A stretch of DNA of 64,000 nt from an uncultured Gammaproteobacteria bacterium (GTDB taxonomy: Bacteria; Patescibacteriota; Patescibacteriia; UBA9570; XYC2-FULL-38-9). A program made the position numbers and the translations under genes. Within the stretch, counting starts at the first letter, position 1. Every line of letters begins with the position of its first letter. Under the pieces are notes generated by a model. The model saw nothing but the letters and a program-made list of their open reading frames with translations, searched no databases and was not told where the DNA came from. Shown piece by piece: positions 19,122 to 29,137 of this stretch. The stretch covers positions 6,279 to 70,278 of the forward strand of contig CAZBLE010000003.1 of NCBI GenBank assembly GCA_964492735.1, given 5' to 3'.

Positions 19122-21329
19122 ATGCAAAAAAAATCTCCAAAAAAATCATCACCCTCCCCTACTCAAACTGCTGGAACAATTGGCACGCACACGGCAGCCA
19201 CTGAAATCCTCAAAACCCTCAACGACCAACAATCTCTCGCCGTCCAAACCACCACTGGACCCGTCCTCATTCTCGCTGGTGCAGGTAGTGGAAAAACAAA
19301 AACCCTTGTCCATCGAATCGCCTACCTCATTGCACACGAAAACGTGAAGCCGTGGAGCATTCTCGCTGTCACCTTTACCAACAAGGCCGCGCGCAACATG
19401 AAAGAGCGCATGGAAACACTTATTGGCCAAATGGAGCATCCGCCAGTGATGGGCACATTTCACTCAGTCTGCTCCCGCATTCTCCGTCGTGAAATTGAAG
19501 CCATTGGGTTTGAAAAAAACTTCACGATTTACGATTCAGACGACCAACTCACGCTGGTAAAAAAAATCATGAAGGACTTGGGGTATGACACAAAACAAGT
19601 CGCGCCATCGCTTGTTCATTGGCAGATCAGTAAAGCCAAAAATGAATTAAAAACACCAGCGCAAGTCGAAGCAGAAACTGGAGATGCCCTCTCAGAAGTG
19701 GTTGCGCGAGTGTATCCAAAATATCAATCAGAGTTGCAAGCACACAACGCTCTCGATTTTGATGACATGATCATGAAAACAGTTGAGCTACTCAAGCAAT
19801 ATCCGGAAGTGCTGAAAAAATATCAAACATTGTGGGAATATATTTTAGTCGATGAGTACCAAGATACCAATCAAGCACAATATCAGCTCGTAACAATGCT
19901 GGCAGCTGCACACAAAAATATTTGCGTGGTTGGAGATGATGCGCAATCGATTTATTCATGGCGACAAGCGGATATTCGCAACATTCTGGAATTTGAAAAA
20001 GACTACCCAGATGCGACGGAAATTTTCTTAGAACAAAACTATCGTTCAACGCAAACGATTCTTGATGCGAGTAATGCCATTATTGCGAATAACCCAAAAC
20101 AGAAAAAGAAAAAATTGTGGACGGAAAATCCAGGCGGTGATTCGATTATTGTTCGTGAACTTGAAGATGGTGATGCAGAAGGAAAGTATATTGTTGAAGT
20201 GATTGCTGGAAAAATTAAAGAACACGCAGGTAATGGAACAGACGGTTCAGACGATGAAGTGACGTATGACGATGAATACGCTCAACCTGATCCAGATGAA
20301 ATTGATCAATCCCCGATCAACGCCGGAGAAAGTATTTTGGATCGGATCATGGGTAGTAAAATGTTTAACCAACATAAAGAAACGGAAGAGCTGTCTGCGT
20401 ATATTAAAGCCAACAAAGCGTCGATCGATTTTGCGAAATACGTTGTACTGTATCGGACAAATGCGCAGTCTCGCCCTTTGGAAGAAGCGTTTTTGAAATA
20501 TGGGATTCCCTACCAACTCGTTGGCGGCTTGCGGTTTTATGATCGACGAGAAATTCGAGATCTGCTGGCCTATATGAAAGTCTTGTTCAACCCGAGCGAT
20601 TGGGTGGCAATGGAGCGGATTGTAAATGTACCGGCTCGCGGGATTGGCGACCGGACCTGGTTTAAAATTGAACAATTTGCCCGACAGCGAAATTTCACGG
20701 TGATTGACGCGGCGAAAAATGACATTCCAGATGTGCAAGCAGCTCGCATTGGAAAGTTTTATCAGTTTGCTGGTGAACTTGAGCATATTCGCAACCAAAT
20801 GGAAGCGCTGAATCCAACAGAAATCTTGGAGCTACTCACAAAAGAAATTTCGTTTAAGGAGCATTTAGAAAAAACGTCTGAGACAAAAGAGGAAGCAGAG
20901 ATGCGCTGGGAAAATGTGCAAGAATTAAAAAATGTCACGCAGAAATTTATGTCGCTCCGTGGCACTGAAGGCTTACTCGCCTTTTTAGAAGATGTTGCAC
21001 TTGTGTCAGACCAAGATTCGATTGATGAAAATGAAAAAGCCGTGAAGCTGATGACTGTTCATGCGGCAAAGGGCTTGGAATTCCCAGTTGTGTTTGTCAC
21101 CGGAATGGAAGAGGGATTGTTTCCACATTCTCGTTCACTCGTTGACCCACAAGAGATGGAAGAAGAGCGTCGCTTGTGTTATGTCGCACTCACGCGCGCT
21201 GAACATCAAGCCTATTTCTTGTTCGCTTCAAAACGCATGAAATATGGTGAGATGCATGTGAATCCTCCATCGCGTTTTCTTGATGAAATTCCAAAAGAAT
21301 TGGTTGTCTGGAAGTCGCCGTGGAATTAA
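19122..21329 (+). CDS. pcrA: ATP-dependent DNA helicase, UvrD/PcrA/Rep family
   Basis: Walker A AGAGSGKT and UvrD helicase motifs (TFTNKAA, VDEYQDTN). The start was moved to the ATG at 19122 (MQKKSPKK), preceded by an extended -10 TGcTATACT. The longest ORF starts at 19002. Confidence 0.9.
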   Translation: MQKKSPKKSSPSPTQTAGTIGTHTAATEILKTLNDQQSLAVQTTTGPVLILAGAGSGKTKTLVHRIAYLIAHENVKPWSILAVTFTNKAARNMKERMETLIGQMEHPPVMGTFHSVCSRILRREIEAIGFEKNFTIYDSDDQLTLVKKIMKDLGYDTKQVAPSLVHWQISKAKNELKTPAQVEAETGDALSEVVARVYPKYQSELQAHNALDFDDMIMKTVELLKQYPEVLKKYQTLWEYILVDEYQDTNQAQYQLVTMLAAAHKNICVVGDDAQSIYSWRQADIRNILEFEKDYPDATEIFLEQNYRSTQTILDASNAIIANNPKQKKKKLWTENPGGDSIIVRELEDGDAEGKYIVEVIAGKIKEHAGNGTDGSDDEVTYDDEYAQPDPDEIDQSPINAGESILDRIMGSKMFNQHKETEELSAYIKANKASIDFAKYVVLYRTNAQSRPLEEAFLKYGIPYQLVGGLRFYDRREIRDLLAYMKVLFNPSDWVAMERIVNVPARGIGDRTWFKIEQFARQRNFTVIDAAKNDIPDVQAARIGKFYQFAGELEHIRNQMEALNPTEILELLTKEISFKEHLEKTSETKEEAEMRWENVQELKNVTQKFMSLRGTEGLLAFLEDVALVSDQDSIDENEKAVKLMTVHAAKGLEFPVVFVTGMEEGLFPHSRSLVDPQEMEEERRLCYVALTRAEHQAYFLFASKRMKYGEMHVNPPSRFLDEIPKELVVWKSPWN

Positions 21330-21383
21330 GCGCTTGCGGGGCAGTGTCTCGCAAAAACCCGACGCTCGCACGCTTACTTACGG

Positions 21384-21415
21384 GAAGGTCTTACGACCTT
21401 CTTATTGTTTTTGCG
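21384..21415 (+). terminator. intrinsic terminator-like hairpin after pcrA
   Basis: GAAGGTC-ttac-GACCTTC stem-loop followed by a TTATTGTTTTTG T-run. Confidence 0.4.
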
Positions 21416-21507
21416 TAGACACTATCCCTTCCGCGACTTCACCTCTACGCTATTGTCGCTCTGATAAAAATTCTGTATACTGAGCATAATTATTTGGAGG
21501 AAAAATT

Positions 21508-22044
21508 ATGGCGACAACACAAAAAAGAAAAGCAGTGAGCAAGACACGAAAACGCACCGTCACAATTGAAGACGAAGTGTTGTCATTAGCGAGTTCTCCA
21601 ATGACAAAAACTGTGCAGCCAAAGAAAAAGGCAGCTGCGAAAACAAAAGCGAAAAAAACAACCGCGACAACAGCTCGCGCGAAAGCAGTAGCTGTGAAAA
21701 AAACAACGGTAAAAAAAGCAGCTACAAAATCAAAAGTAACGGCCAAAAAAGTTACGAGTAAAAAACCAACAGCAACAAAAACTGTTGCTAAAAAAACACC
21801 TGCGCGAAAAACAGTGGCAAAAAAATCAACCACTCGCACAGTCCGAACACGCAAACCTGCAACCATCCGCGAAACAATCGCTGCTGAAATGCGCGCTGTT
21901 GAGACAGAAACAAAACAGATTGCCAAAAATCCAACACTCCACAAAATGGTTCGCTTCTCAGAGCTCTATGTGTTGTCTGTGCTTGTGACTGTTATTATTC
22001 TTGCAACAGTGACTTGGACACAAACTGTACTCAACCTCCTGTAA
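21508..22044 (+). CDS. lysine/alanine/threonine-rich histone H1-like basic protein with C-terminal transmembrane anchor
   Basis: 178 aa. Strong RBS GGAGGAAAAATTATG. AKKT/KKxxAK repeats make up most of the protein. C-terminal hydrophobic helix LYVLSVLVTVIILATVTW. Confidence 0.6.
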   Translation: MATTQKRKAVSKTRKRTVTIEDEVLSLASSPMTKTVQPKKKAAAKTKAKKTTATTARAKAVAVKKTTVKKAATKSKVTAKKVTSKKPTATKTVAKKTPARKTVAKKSTTRTVRTRKPATIRETIAAEMRAVETETKQIAKNPTLHKMVRFSELYVLSVLVTVIILATVTWTQTVLNLL

Positions 22045-22107
22045 TAAAAAACTATTCCGGGGTAACAAAAATCGGGCACCTGAGTCCCGATTTTTTTATA
22101 GGCCAAT

Positions 22108-24174
22108 TTACTCTTGAGTGCCTTTTGCGAGGCGGAGCATTTGACGATATTCAGCTGGCGTAATCTGTGTTGCCCTCTGCATTTGCGCATTCGCTGTTCC
22201 ATCCGTTGATAGAGCAGCTTGTAAATCAATACCCATCGCTTCAATTAATCGCGGTGTTAAACGATGTGACAAAAATCCGGCCCCACGATGACGCACTTGA
22301 ACATCACCATACTCGTCATCTGCTGCTGCGGGTTTTAATGAAAATGATAATGGACCAATTTCAATTTCAGCATGCAATCCTTTTGAAACCATGTCATCTA
22401 GCGCATCTTCAATTGCTGAAAGTTGTCGCGCGGGGTTGAGTGTCTCAACTTTCGCACGAGGCTGCTCGATTGCTACTCGCTCATCAATAACCTCATCTTC
22501 ATCTTCCGTTTTTTTTGCAACGAGCTGCTCACTATTTTGCTCCTCCGGATTTTTTGGAGAGCGCTCTGTTGTTGCTGCTGGTGCTGGTGGAACATCGGGA
22601 ACGAGAGCTTGAGTAGTACGCACATCCGGCGCTACTTGTGCGCTTGGCTCAGCTGTCTGTGACGCTCCTTCAACAGCGGGCGCTTCTGGTGTTGTTGATT
22701 TTTTTGGTGCTTCCATTGCTTGGTGCACAGCAACTCCTTCTGAAGAGGTAAAATGCATTACACTCGCCAGCTCAGTTGGCGACAATACATGACTTGCATC
22801 TCCTGTATAAAACTGGACATTTTCAATAGTTCCGTCTGCAGCTTCGGTTACAATCATTCCAAGCTCTCCTCCTTTTGCGTCAACAAAGACATTAGCAAGC
22901 GTTCTTGTTTCTGCACCGATTGTCACTGGTAATTGCAATGCTGCCTTAATAGCAGCTATTTCATATCCTGCTCCAATTATTGCTTGAGACACACCTTCAC
23001 CTTTCTGAATCCATACCTTACTGACATCTGGCGTCGCTTCTTGCTCTTGCTGAACTGCTTCAACGCTTTCATCCGCAATAGTAGTTTCTGGAATAACTGG
23101 AGCACTCTCTGCAGGCATGACCTCTGACAGAGTTATTTCTGACTGAACTATTTGTGTGCTGGCTGTATTCTCAACTGCTTGTTGTTGTACTGCGGCTTCA
23201 ACGCGCCCTTGATCTTGATCACCTTGAAATGCTGCCGCTAACCCAAGTGCCATACCAAAACGACGCAATGCTTTTCCAAACCAACTTGTTTGTTTTTTTG
23301 ACTGCTCTGGCATTCGCAGTGGTGGTTTTTTATCAGAAGGTGCGGGCGCATTTTTTGCTGCTTCACGTGCAGCAACCTGAGCCGCAACATCGGCTTGTGC
23401 AATTTTTAAATTTTCTCGTGGAGTGCGACCATCTCGTGGACCGGAAGTTTCTGTTACTTGTTCAAGTGGTTGAGTTGGCTCATCTTCAAGATTATAAGGA
23501 TCATTACTTGATATGCGCGTTGGCTCATCATCGTCAGCCAAAGACGATGCATCTAGCGCATCATCTTTCGGCAAATCAGGAGCTACTGGCAACTCATCAA
23601 AATAATCTGAGACATTACTAAAACCTGTATCAACGGGAGCTTTTTCAGGAGTGCGTGACTCTTTCATTGGCTCATCATCAGCATCTAAATCTGCAAGCCA
23701 CTCCGTCCATTGCTGTTCAGCTTGTTTGGCTTTTTGGCCAACATCAACAAAACCTTCTGTGGTTTGATCGAATCCAGCGTCATTCAGGTGATCTTCTGGG
23801 TCAAAACCCTTTTGAGCCTCTCTCTTTTTTCGATCTTTTTCAGTACTTACTGCTATATCTCTTGCCTTTTGATCTAACTCAGGATCTTGCCGAAGCTCTT
23901 CTAACATACTGCGCCAGTCAGCAACACTAAAGACATCCACCTTTGGCGCTTTATCAGAAAATGATGGTGATTCCTCTGCTTTTACTGCAGCACGTAAATC
24001 ATCAATAGAGTGCATTGCTGTTTCGTCATATTGCGCCTGCACAACTGGTACGCCTGCTTCTTGTGCAACATCTAAACGCTCCTGCTCAGCTTCAAAATCA
24101 CGCCGTTTTTGACGAAGCGCATCTGTATCTATGAGGCCTCTTTTTTTTGACCTTGGAGGGTTATCGTATGACAT
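22108..24174 (-). CDS. acidic, low-complexity (intrinsically disordered) protein, paralog of 24233..25714
   Basis: 688 aa, rich in E, D, Q, A and P. Shares an ADW motif and a TSWFGKALRRFGMALGLAAA amphipathic/hydrophobic segment with the neighbouring gene. Confidence 0.6.
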   Translation of the reverse strand: MSYDNPPRSKKRGLIDTDALRQKRRDFEAEQERLDVAQEAGVPVVQAQYDETAMHSIDDLRAAVKAEESPSFSDKAPKVDVFSVADWRSMLEELRQDPELDQKARDIAVSTEKDRKKREAQKGFDPEDHLNDAGFDQTTEGFVDVGQKAKQAEQQWTEWLADLDADDEPMKESRTPEKAPVDTGFSNVSDYFDELPVAPDLPKDDALDASSLADDDEPTRISSNDPYNLEDEPTQPLEQVTETSGPRDGRTPRENLKIAQADVAAQVAAREAAKNAPAPSDKKPPLRMPEQSKKQTSWFGKALRRFGMALGLAAAFQGDQDQGRVEAAVQQQAVENTASTQIVQSEITLSEVMPAESAPVIPETTIADESVEAVQQEQEATPDVSKVWIQKGEGVSQAIIGAGYEIAAIKAALQLPVTIGAETRTLANVFVDAKGGELGMIVTEAADGTIENVQFYTGDASHVLSPTELASVMHFTSSEGVAVHQAMEAPKKSTTPEAPAVEGASQTAEPSAQVAPDVRTTQALVPDVPPAPAATTERSPKNPEEQNSEQLVAKKTEDEDEVIDERVAIEQPRAKVETLNPARQLSAIEDALDDMVSKGLHAEIEIGPLSFSLKPAAADDEYGDVQVRHRGAGFLSHRLTPRLIEAMGIDLQAALSTDGTANAQMQRATQITPAEYRQMLRLAKGTQE

Positions 24175-24177
24175 GTG

Positions 24178-24226
24178 ATTGAAGTTTATTACTTCAATTC
24201 ATACCACAAAAATCCCAAAAAGTCAA
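24178..24226 (-). promoter_or_regulatory. sigma70-like promoter (TTGACT-17-TATGAAT) with a perfect 8-bp inverted-repeat operator ending 3 nt before the start codon
   Basis: The palindrome ATTGAAGT-ttatt-ACTTCAAT at 24178..24198 overlaps the -10 box and the predicted transcription start. -35 TTGACT at 24221..24226 on the minus strand. Confidence 0.4.
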
Positions 24227-24232
24227 TGCTCT

Positions 24233-25714
24233 TTAGCGCGTATAATGTGGTTGTCGGCTCAAATCTTTTCCAAGTGTTGATACGTCTTCAGGAGTCAGTG
24301 AGCGAAAATCTTTTTCTCCTGGAAATCGTGCCACAATATCACCACTCGCGGATTGGCGTAATTCTAAACGCTTCGTTGGACTTAAGCGGATAAATACTTT
24401 TGATGAATCAAGACTCTCAAATAAACTTTTGACATAATCAATTTGTTTTTCAGGAGAAAGCGTACTCTTACTCATTTCAGCATTAAGTTGTTTGGCTACA
24501 TCAGCTGGTGCGACTGGCGCTTCTGCAACGGGTGTCACTGTTTTTGGTGCTTCCACATCAACGCTTGCGGGAGCAACGGGAACTGGAGGCATTGCCGGCT
24601 CTATCTGCATAGGTCGCACATCTTCTTCAGTAGCAACTACTGTCTGTTGCGCGGGTTGCTTTGAATCATTTCTGTAACGAACTGCAACTGGTAAATTATC
24701 TGGCGGCGGCGCAACAACGCGCTGAGATGGCACGCGTTCAGATGAACGGGGCTGTTGGACAGGGGTGGTAGGCACAGTAGGTGTAGCAACCTCCACTCGT
24801 GGAACAACAATAGTTGGCCGATCAGGCGCTGGTGCAGCTTGCGGTTTCTCAACCACATAAGTACTTGTTGCTTCTTGTGGGGTTTGGTTGGTTGGCACAG
24901 CCAGCGCTGCAACAAGACCAAGTCTGCGGCCCCAGCGCGTTAATGTATCAAGTGCGGCTTGTGCCTTTTTTCCAAACCAACTCGTAGCCGGCGGCTCTGG
25001 AACAACAGTAATTGTTTCTGTTCTTGGAGCAGCAGTGCGAGGGGTGCGTGTAAGATTTCTAATATCGCTAATACTTCCTGGTACAATTGGCTCGAGGGAT
25101 GCGGGTGCTGCATCGGCCTGTTGTTTTCGTGAAGACGTACGCTCAACAATTGGTGCTTGAGGGGGATGAGATACTTCATCTGAACCTGCTACATCTTCAG
25201 CAAAATTACCCATTGCAGAAGCATCCCAAAAAGGTTTATCTGTAGGCAAATTCCGTTCTAATGAGAATGGTGTATCTGCTGTCGCGGGATCATCTGTATA
25301 AAAAGAAGGTCGAAACAACTCTTCATCCTCAGACTCGCCTTCTAATGAGACCGGACCTGTATCTACATCATCTGGAATAGGCTGAATTGGATCTGGAAGA
25401 TCATTTATTAGATCCACTCGATCTCCAACTTGAGCTGCTCGCCCTGCAGCCTCTTGTCCAGCATACACTCGCGCAGCTACTTGCTCTGCCCGACGCGGAT
25501 CTTGAACAGCACCTCGAGCACGATCCAACATTGCTGTGTCATCATGCGTATCACTTGGTGTTGTCGGTACTTGTGCTTTACCGTCAACGACTGTTGGCTG
25601 GTTCCACACTTCATCTAAACGACCCCAATCTGCATGCGTTAAATCAGCTGTATCTGGTACCTTTTCTTGCGCAGGCTTTACCGCTTGCGCTCGCGGTCGT
25701 TCTGGATTACTCAT
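24233..25714 (-). CDS. acidic Pro/Ala-rich low-complexity protein, paralog of 22108..24174
   Basis: 493 aa. N-terminal ADW motif and TSWFGKKAQAALDTLTRWGRRLGLVAALAVP segment aligned with the neighbouring paralog. Confidence 0.6.
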   Translation of the reverse strand: MSNPERPRAQAVKPAQEKVPDTADLTHADWGRLDEVWNQPTVVDGKAQVPTTPSDTHDDTAMLDRARGAVQDPRRAEQVAARVYAGQEAAGRAAQVGDRVDLINDLPDPIQPIPDDVDTGPVSLEGESEDEELFRPSFYTDDPATADTPFSLERNLPTDKPFWDASAMGNFAEDVAGSDEVSHPPQAPIVERTSSRKQQADAAPASLEPIVPGSISDIRNLTRTPRTAAPRTETITVVPEPPATSWFGKKAQAALDTLTRWGRRLGLVAALAVPTNQTPQEATSTYVVEKPQAAPAPDRPTIVVPRVEVATPTVPTTPVQQPRSSERVPSQRVVAPPPDNLPVAVRYRNDSKQPAQQTVVATEEDVRPMQIEPAMPPVPVAPASVDVEAPKTVTPVAEAPVAPADVAKQLNAEMSKSTLSPEKQIDYVKSLFESLDSSKVFIRLSPTKRLELRQSASGDIVARFPGEKDFRSLTPEDVSTLGKDLSRQPHYTR

Positions 25715-25798
25715 ACACCTATTTTGATTTTATTTTTGAACCTTTTATCTATTCTACCACAAAACAAGGCTTTTTTCAAGCCCCTCTTTGTGCGTACA

Positions 25799-27436
25799 TT
25801 ACACCAATCCTGCAAGATGGCGTTTACGATAAAACCCAATGGCAAATCGATGCGCTTCGTCACGCATGCGTTGCATTAAATACAGCCCTTGCGAATCACG
25901 CGGCAATAAAATCGGAGTAGAATTTTCTGGCAAGAATATTTCTTCAATGCGCTTGGCAAGTGAAATAATCGGAATATCCAAATGCGCGACATCGAGCATG
26001 GCTTTCGCGGATGACAACTGCCCTTTTCCTCCATCAATCACAATCAAACTTGGCGTTGGCCATGGATCAGCGATCTCTTTTTGTTTCCGCTTAATGTGTT
26101 TTACACGCCGGTTGATAACTTCGCGCATTGATGCGAAATCGTCCGACTTCCCTGTTCCACGCGCGCTGCGAATTTTGAATTTGCGATATTCACTCGGCGC
26201 TGGCCGGCCGTCAATAAACACAATCATTGAAGCGACCGTGTACGCTCCTTGATTATGCGAAATGTCATAGACTTCAATCCGGTGTAATTTTTCTGGCGTC
26301 GTCTCCAAAGCAGCGGCAAGCTCGGCAAGGGCTTTTTTTGCACGGGTGTCTTCTTTTTCAAATCGCGCCAAATGCTGCTCTAAGGCTTGCAACGCGTTCG
26401 CCTCTCCCATTTCTAGCAACTGTTTATTTTTCCCACGCCGCTCTTGCCGATTGGTCATGATGTCTTTTGGTTTTTCCAAGGCGGCTTGATAATACTGATC
26501 TTGAAACGCTTCTAACACATCGTCATCTGATTGATCTTTCACGTGTCGCAACAAAAAAACATTTTGCGCAATCAACCGACCATGGCGAACGATAAATACA
26601 TTGACCGCAGCAGTGTCATCAACGCGCGCAAGCGACAACACATCAACAGACTGCTCGCGAACATCAACCACTTTTTGATCAAAAAATAATCGATCAAGCG
26701 CTTGCAGTTGATCGCGTATAGTTGCTGCTTTTTCAAACCGCTTTGCTTCACTTGCCTGTCGCATTTGTTGTTGCAAATCGGCAATCACTGCGTCTGTCTC
26801 ACCAGACAGCATCCGCGCCATATCACGAAATAACGCTTGATACTCCTCTTGCGAAATAGCCTGCGCGCACGGCCCGATGCACCGTCCCAGTTGATATTGC
26901 AAACACGGGCGCTTTGGATAGACCACAACTCCACGCTTCACTTCTGGCGGTGTTGTGCAATATCGAAATACTGTTTGCATTGTCCGCAACGTTTTTTTCA
27001 CCGCAAACCCTGAAACATACGGCCCAAAATATTTCCCACGACGTGTTCCGAGGCGTGGCAACTGCCGCACTGTTTCAATGCGCGGAAATGGGTCGTCAGT
27101 GATATGAATATATTGAAAATTTTTGTCATCTTTCATGACAATGTTATAGGGCGGTTTGTGTTTTTTAATGAGCGTTGTTTCGAGTAGCAATGCTTCGGCC
27201 TCCGTGTCGACCGTGATTGTTTTGATATCCGCAATTTTGCCAACCATGAACTGCTTGGCTGGTGAATGATTTGTGCTCGAGCGAAAATACGACTGCACGC
27301 GTGATCGCAACTTCACCGCTTTGCCGACATACAACAGCTTTCCAGCTGCATCAAAAAACTGATACACCCCTGGCTTCATTGGCAAGTCTTGCACCTGTTT
27401 TGCGATTGTATCCACTGATTGCTCTGTGTCCATAGT
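25799..27436 (-). CDS. uvrC: excinuclease ABC subunit C
   Basis: GIY-YIG N-terminus (PGVYQFFDAAGKLLYVGKA) and full-length UvrC-like body. Start placed at MDTEQ (27436). The longest ORF extends to 27505. Confidence 0.9.
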   Translation of the reverse strand, partial: TMDTEQSVDTIAKQVQDLPMKPGVYQFFDAAGKLLYVGKAVKLRSRVQSYFRSSTNHSPAKQFMVGKIADIKTITVDTEAEALLLETTLIKKHKPPYNIVMKDDKNFQYIHITDDPFPRIETVRQLPRLGTRRGKYFGPYVSGFAVKKTLRTMQTVFRYCTTPPEVKRGVVVYPKRPCLQYQLGRCIGPCAQAISQEEYQALFRDMARMLSGETDAVIADLQQQMRQASEAKRFEKAATIRDQLQALDRLFFDQKVVDVREQSVDVLSLARVDDTAAVNVFIVRHGRLIAQNVFLLRHVKDQSDDDVLEAFQDQYYQAALEKPKDIMTNRQERRGKNKQLLEMGEANALQALEQHLARFEKEDTRAKKALAELAAALETTPEKLHRIEVYDISHNQGAYTVASMIVFIDGRPAPSEYRKFKIRSARGTGKSDDFASMREVINRRVKHIKRKQKEIADPWPTPSLIVIDGGKGQLSSAKAMLDVAHLDIPIISLAKRIEEIFLPENSTPILLPRDSQGLYLMQRMRDEAHRFAIGFYRKRHLAGLV

Positions 27437-27526
27437 GTATATATATGGTAGTGCGGCATATTTTGCAATAAAAAAATAGAGGGTGATAGAAATAAGACAT
27501 TCCACTCACCCTCGTATTTTTGTTGT

Positions 27527-29131
27527 TTATTGCGCTTCCATGGCACGACCCGTTTCTTTGGCTGCTTCAAAGATAGACGTCGTAAGAGCTTTCCAATGTT
27601 CCTGGCTGAAGAAATTTGGATCTGGATGCTCAATCTGCTCAGCGATTAACACTTCCATCGTATCCGTCACTTCATCATTCACTGACTGGATTGTTTTGAC
27701 CACTTGATTTTTGGTCGTATCCACAACAACGGTTGTACGAACAGCATCTGGCTGATCTGTATATCGATAGACAACGGTCATAAGCGCTCCATCCGTCACT
27801 TGAGATTCCACAACTCCATAATTACGAAATTGATCAATATACCGCTCTGGACTGAGTGCCCATTTCTGCATATTGGTCTCCCAATTTTTATCAGCACCTT
27901 GAAGCGCATCAGCTTGATAGTCCAGAATTAACTGATCATTAAACGCTTGCACCTCTTCAGCGGTGAGTGCTGTGACTGTATTTGTTTCAAGATCATAATG
28001 ATAGACATCGGATCGCATAACAGTTTCAAACGTTGCTTCAGAAAAATTTCCTTGTCCAAGCTCGACAATTTTTTCATAAGACAACTGAACTAAAAATTGG
28101 GTTTCACGAGCAATATTTTCTGGTTCATTCGGCAGCGTTTCCATATTGCGGGTGCTTCCAAAATTTCCAATAACCGCAAACTGATTTTCATACCCTTCTG
28201 TCGTTTTCTTATTTGCAACAACATCTTCTGGATGCAATTGCGGATTAAAGAGAAATGGCTTCCAATGCGTTTTGTCGCGCGTTGTTGGCTTGTCTGTTAG
28301 TGTATTATAGGTATTTGTCCATACTCGAAGACGTGGCATGATTGTTCCAACTGGCTCGACCTCTCCGTGTGATAGAGCTTCTGGCATTTCTGGCAACGGT
28401 GCCGATGTTGTGACTGACAATGTTTTCACTGGGCCATCATATCCTTCATGTTCAATAACCATTGGCTTCATCACTGTAATTTTTTCACCTATCAGAGCTG
28501 GCGTACGTGCTGCAACATTCACATCAACGCGATTACATGCAACTGCCATATCTGTCACGTGCGCATCATCAAAGAAACAATTTTCAGAAGTTTGCGCATT
28601 CATGACATGATTCAGGGTTGATACAATTCCTGCATATGGCTCTCCATTGAGCGGCTGCGTACGAATACTCATCATACCCACGAGTGGTTGACTCCACGTT
28701 TCAACAACTTGATTTCCATCCCATTGCTTTGAGATTGTTGTATAGTTAATTTTCATATGACGAATCGCTTGAGCGGATGTTCCAAATGTATTGGTAATAG
28801 AATCCGCAACAACTGACTCGGCTGATTGGTTTGTGATATTTGCAATTGGTGAATTGGTTCGTGCAAATTTTTGACCTGCCTGCTGAATAGCGAGTGGTCC
28901 ACCTGCGAGAACAAATACTAACGCTCCAACAGCAAGTGCGCTGGCTGGAATCAGTAATCGCAACCACCGACGGCGATATGTTGATGTGTGCATAGAATAT
29001 ATCTGATAAGTTCGATACGCTTGAATTGTTGCATAACGCAATTCTTCAGTGTGGTCTGTGCGCTCTGGAATCGGAACAGCCCGCAATAGCTGCTCGAGTG
29101 ATTCTTCAAATTGTGATGGTGAGTGTTTCAT
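27527..29131 (-). CDS. membrane-anchored anti-sigma-factor-like protein with large extracytoplasmic domain
   Basis: 534 aa. Single TM helix (LLIPASALAVGALVFVLAGG) after a ~60-aa cytoplasmic N-terminus. Lies immediately downstream of an ECF sigma gene. Paralogous to 29800..31395 (shared C-terminal NPxxFFSxxxWK). Confidence 0.6.
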   Translation of the reverse strand: MKHSPSQFEESLEQLLRAVPIPERTDHTEELRYATIQAYRTYQIYSMHTSTYRRRWLRLLIPASALAVGALVFVLAGGPLAIQQAGQKFARTNSPIANITNQSAESVVADSITNTFGTSAQAIRHMKINYTTISKQWDGNQVVETWSQPLVGMMSIRTQPLNGEPYAGIVSTLNHVMNAQTSENCFFDDAHVTDMAVACNRVDVNVAARTPALIGEKITVMKPMVIEHEGYDGPVKTLSVTTSAPLPEMPEALSHGEVEPVGTIMPRLRVWTNTYNTLTDKPTTRDKTHWKPFLFNPQLHPEDVVANKKTTEGYENQFAVIGNFGSTRNMETLPNEPENIARETQFLVQLSYEKIVELGQGNFSEATFETVMRSDVYHYDLETNTVTALTAEEVQAFNDQLILDYQADALQGADKNWETNMQKWALSPERYIDQFRNYGVVESQVTDGALMTVVYRYTDQPDAVRTTVVVDTTKNQVVKTIQSVNDEVTDTMEVLIAEQIEHPDPNFFSQEHWKALTTSIFEAAKETGRAMEAQ

Positions 29132-29137
29132 AAAAAG

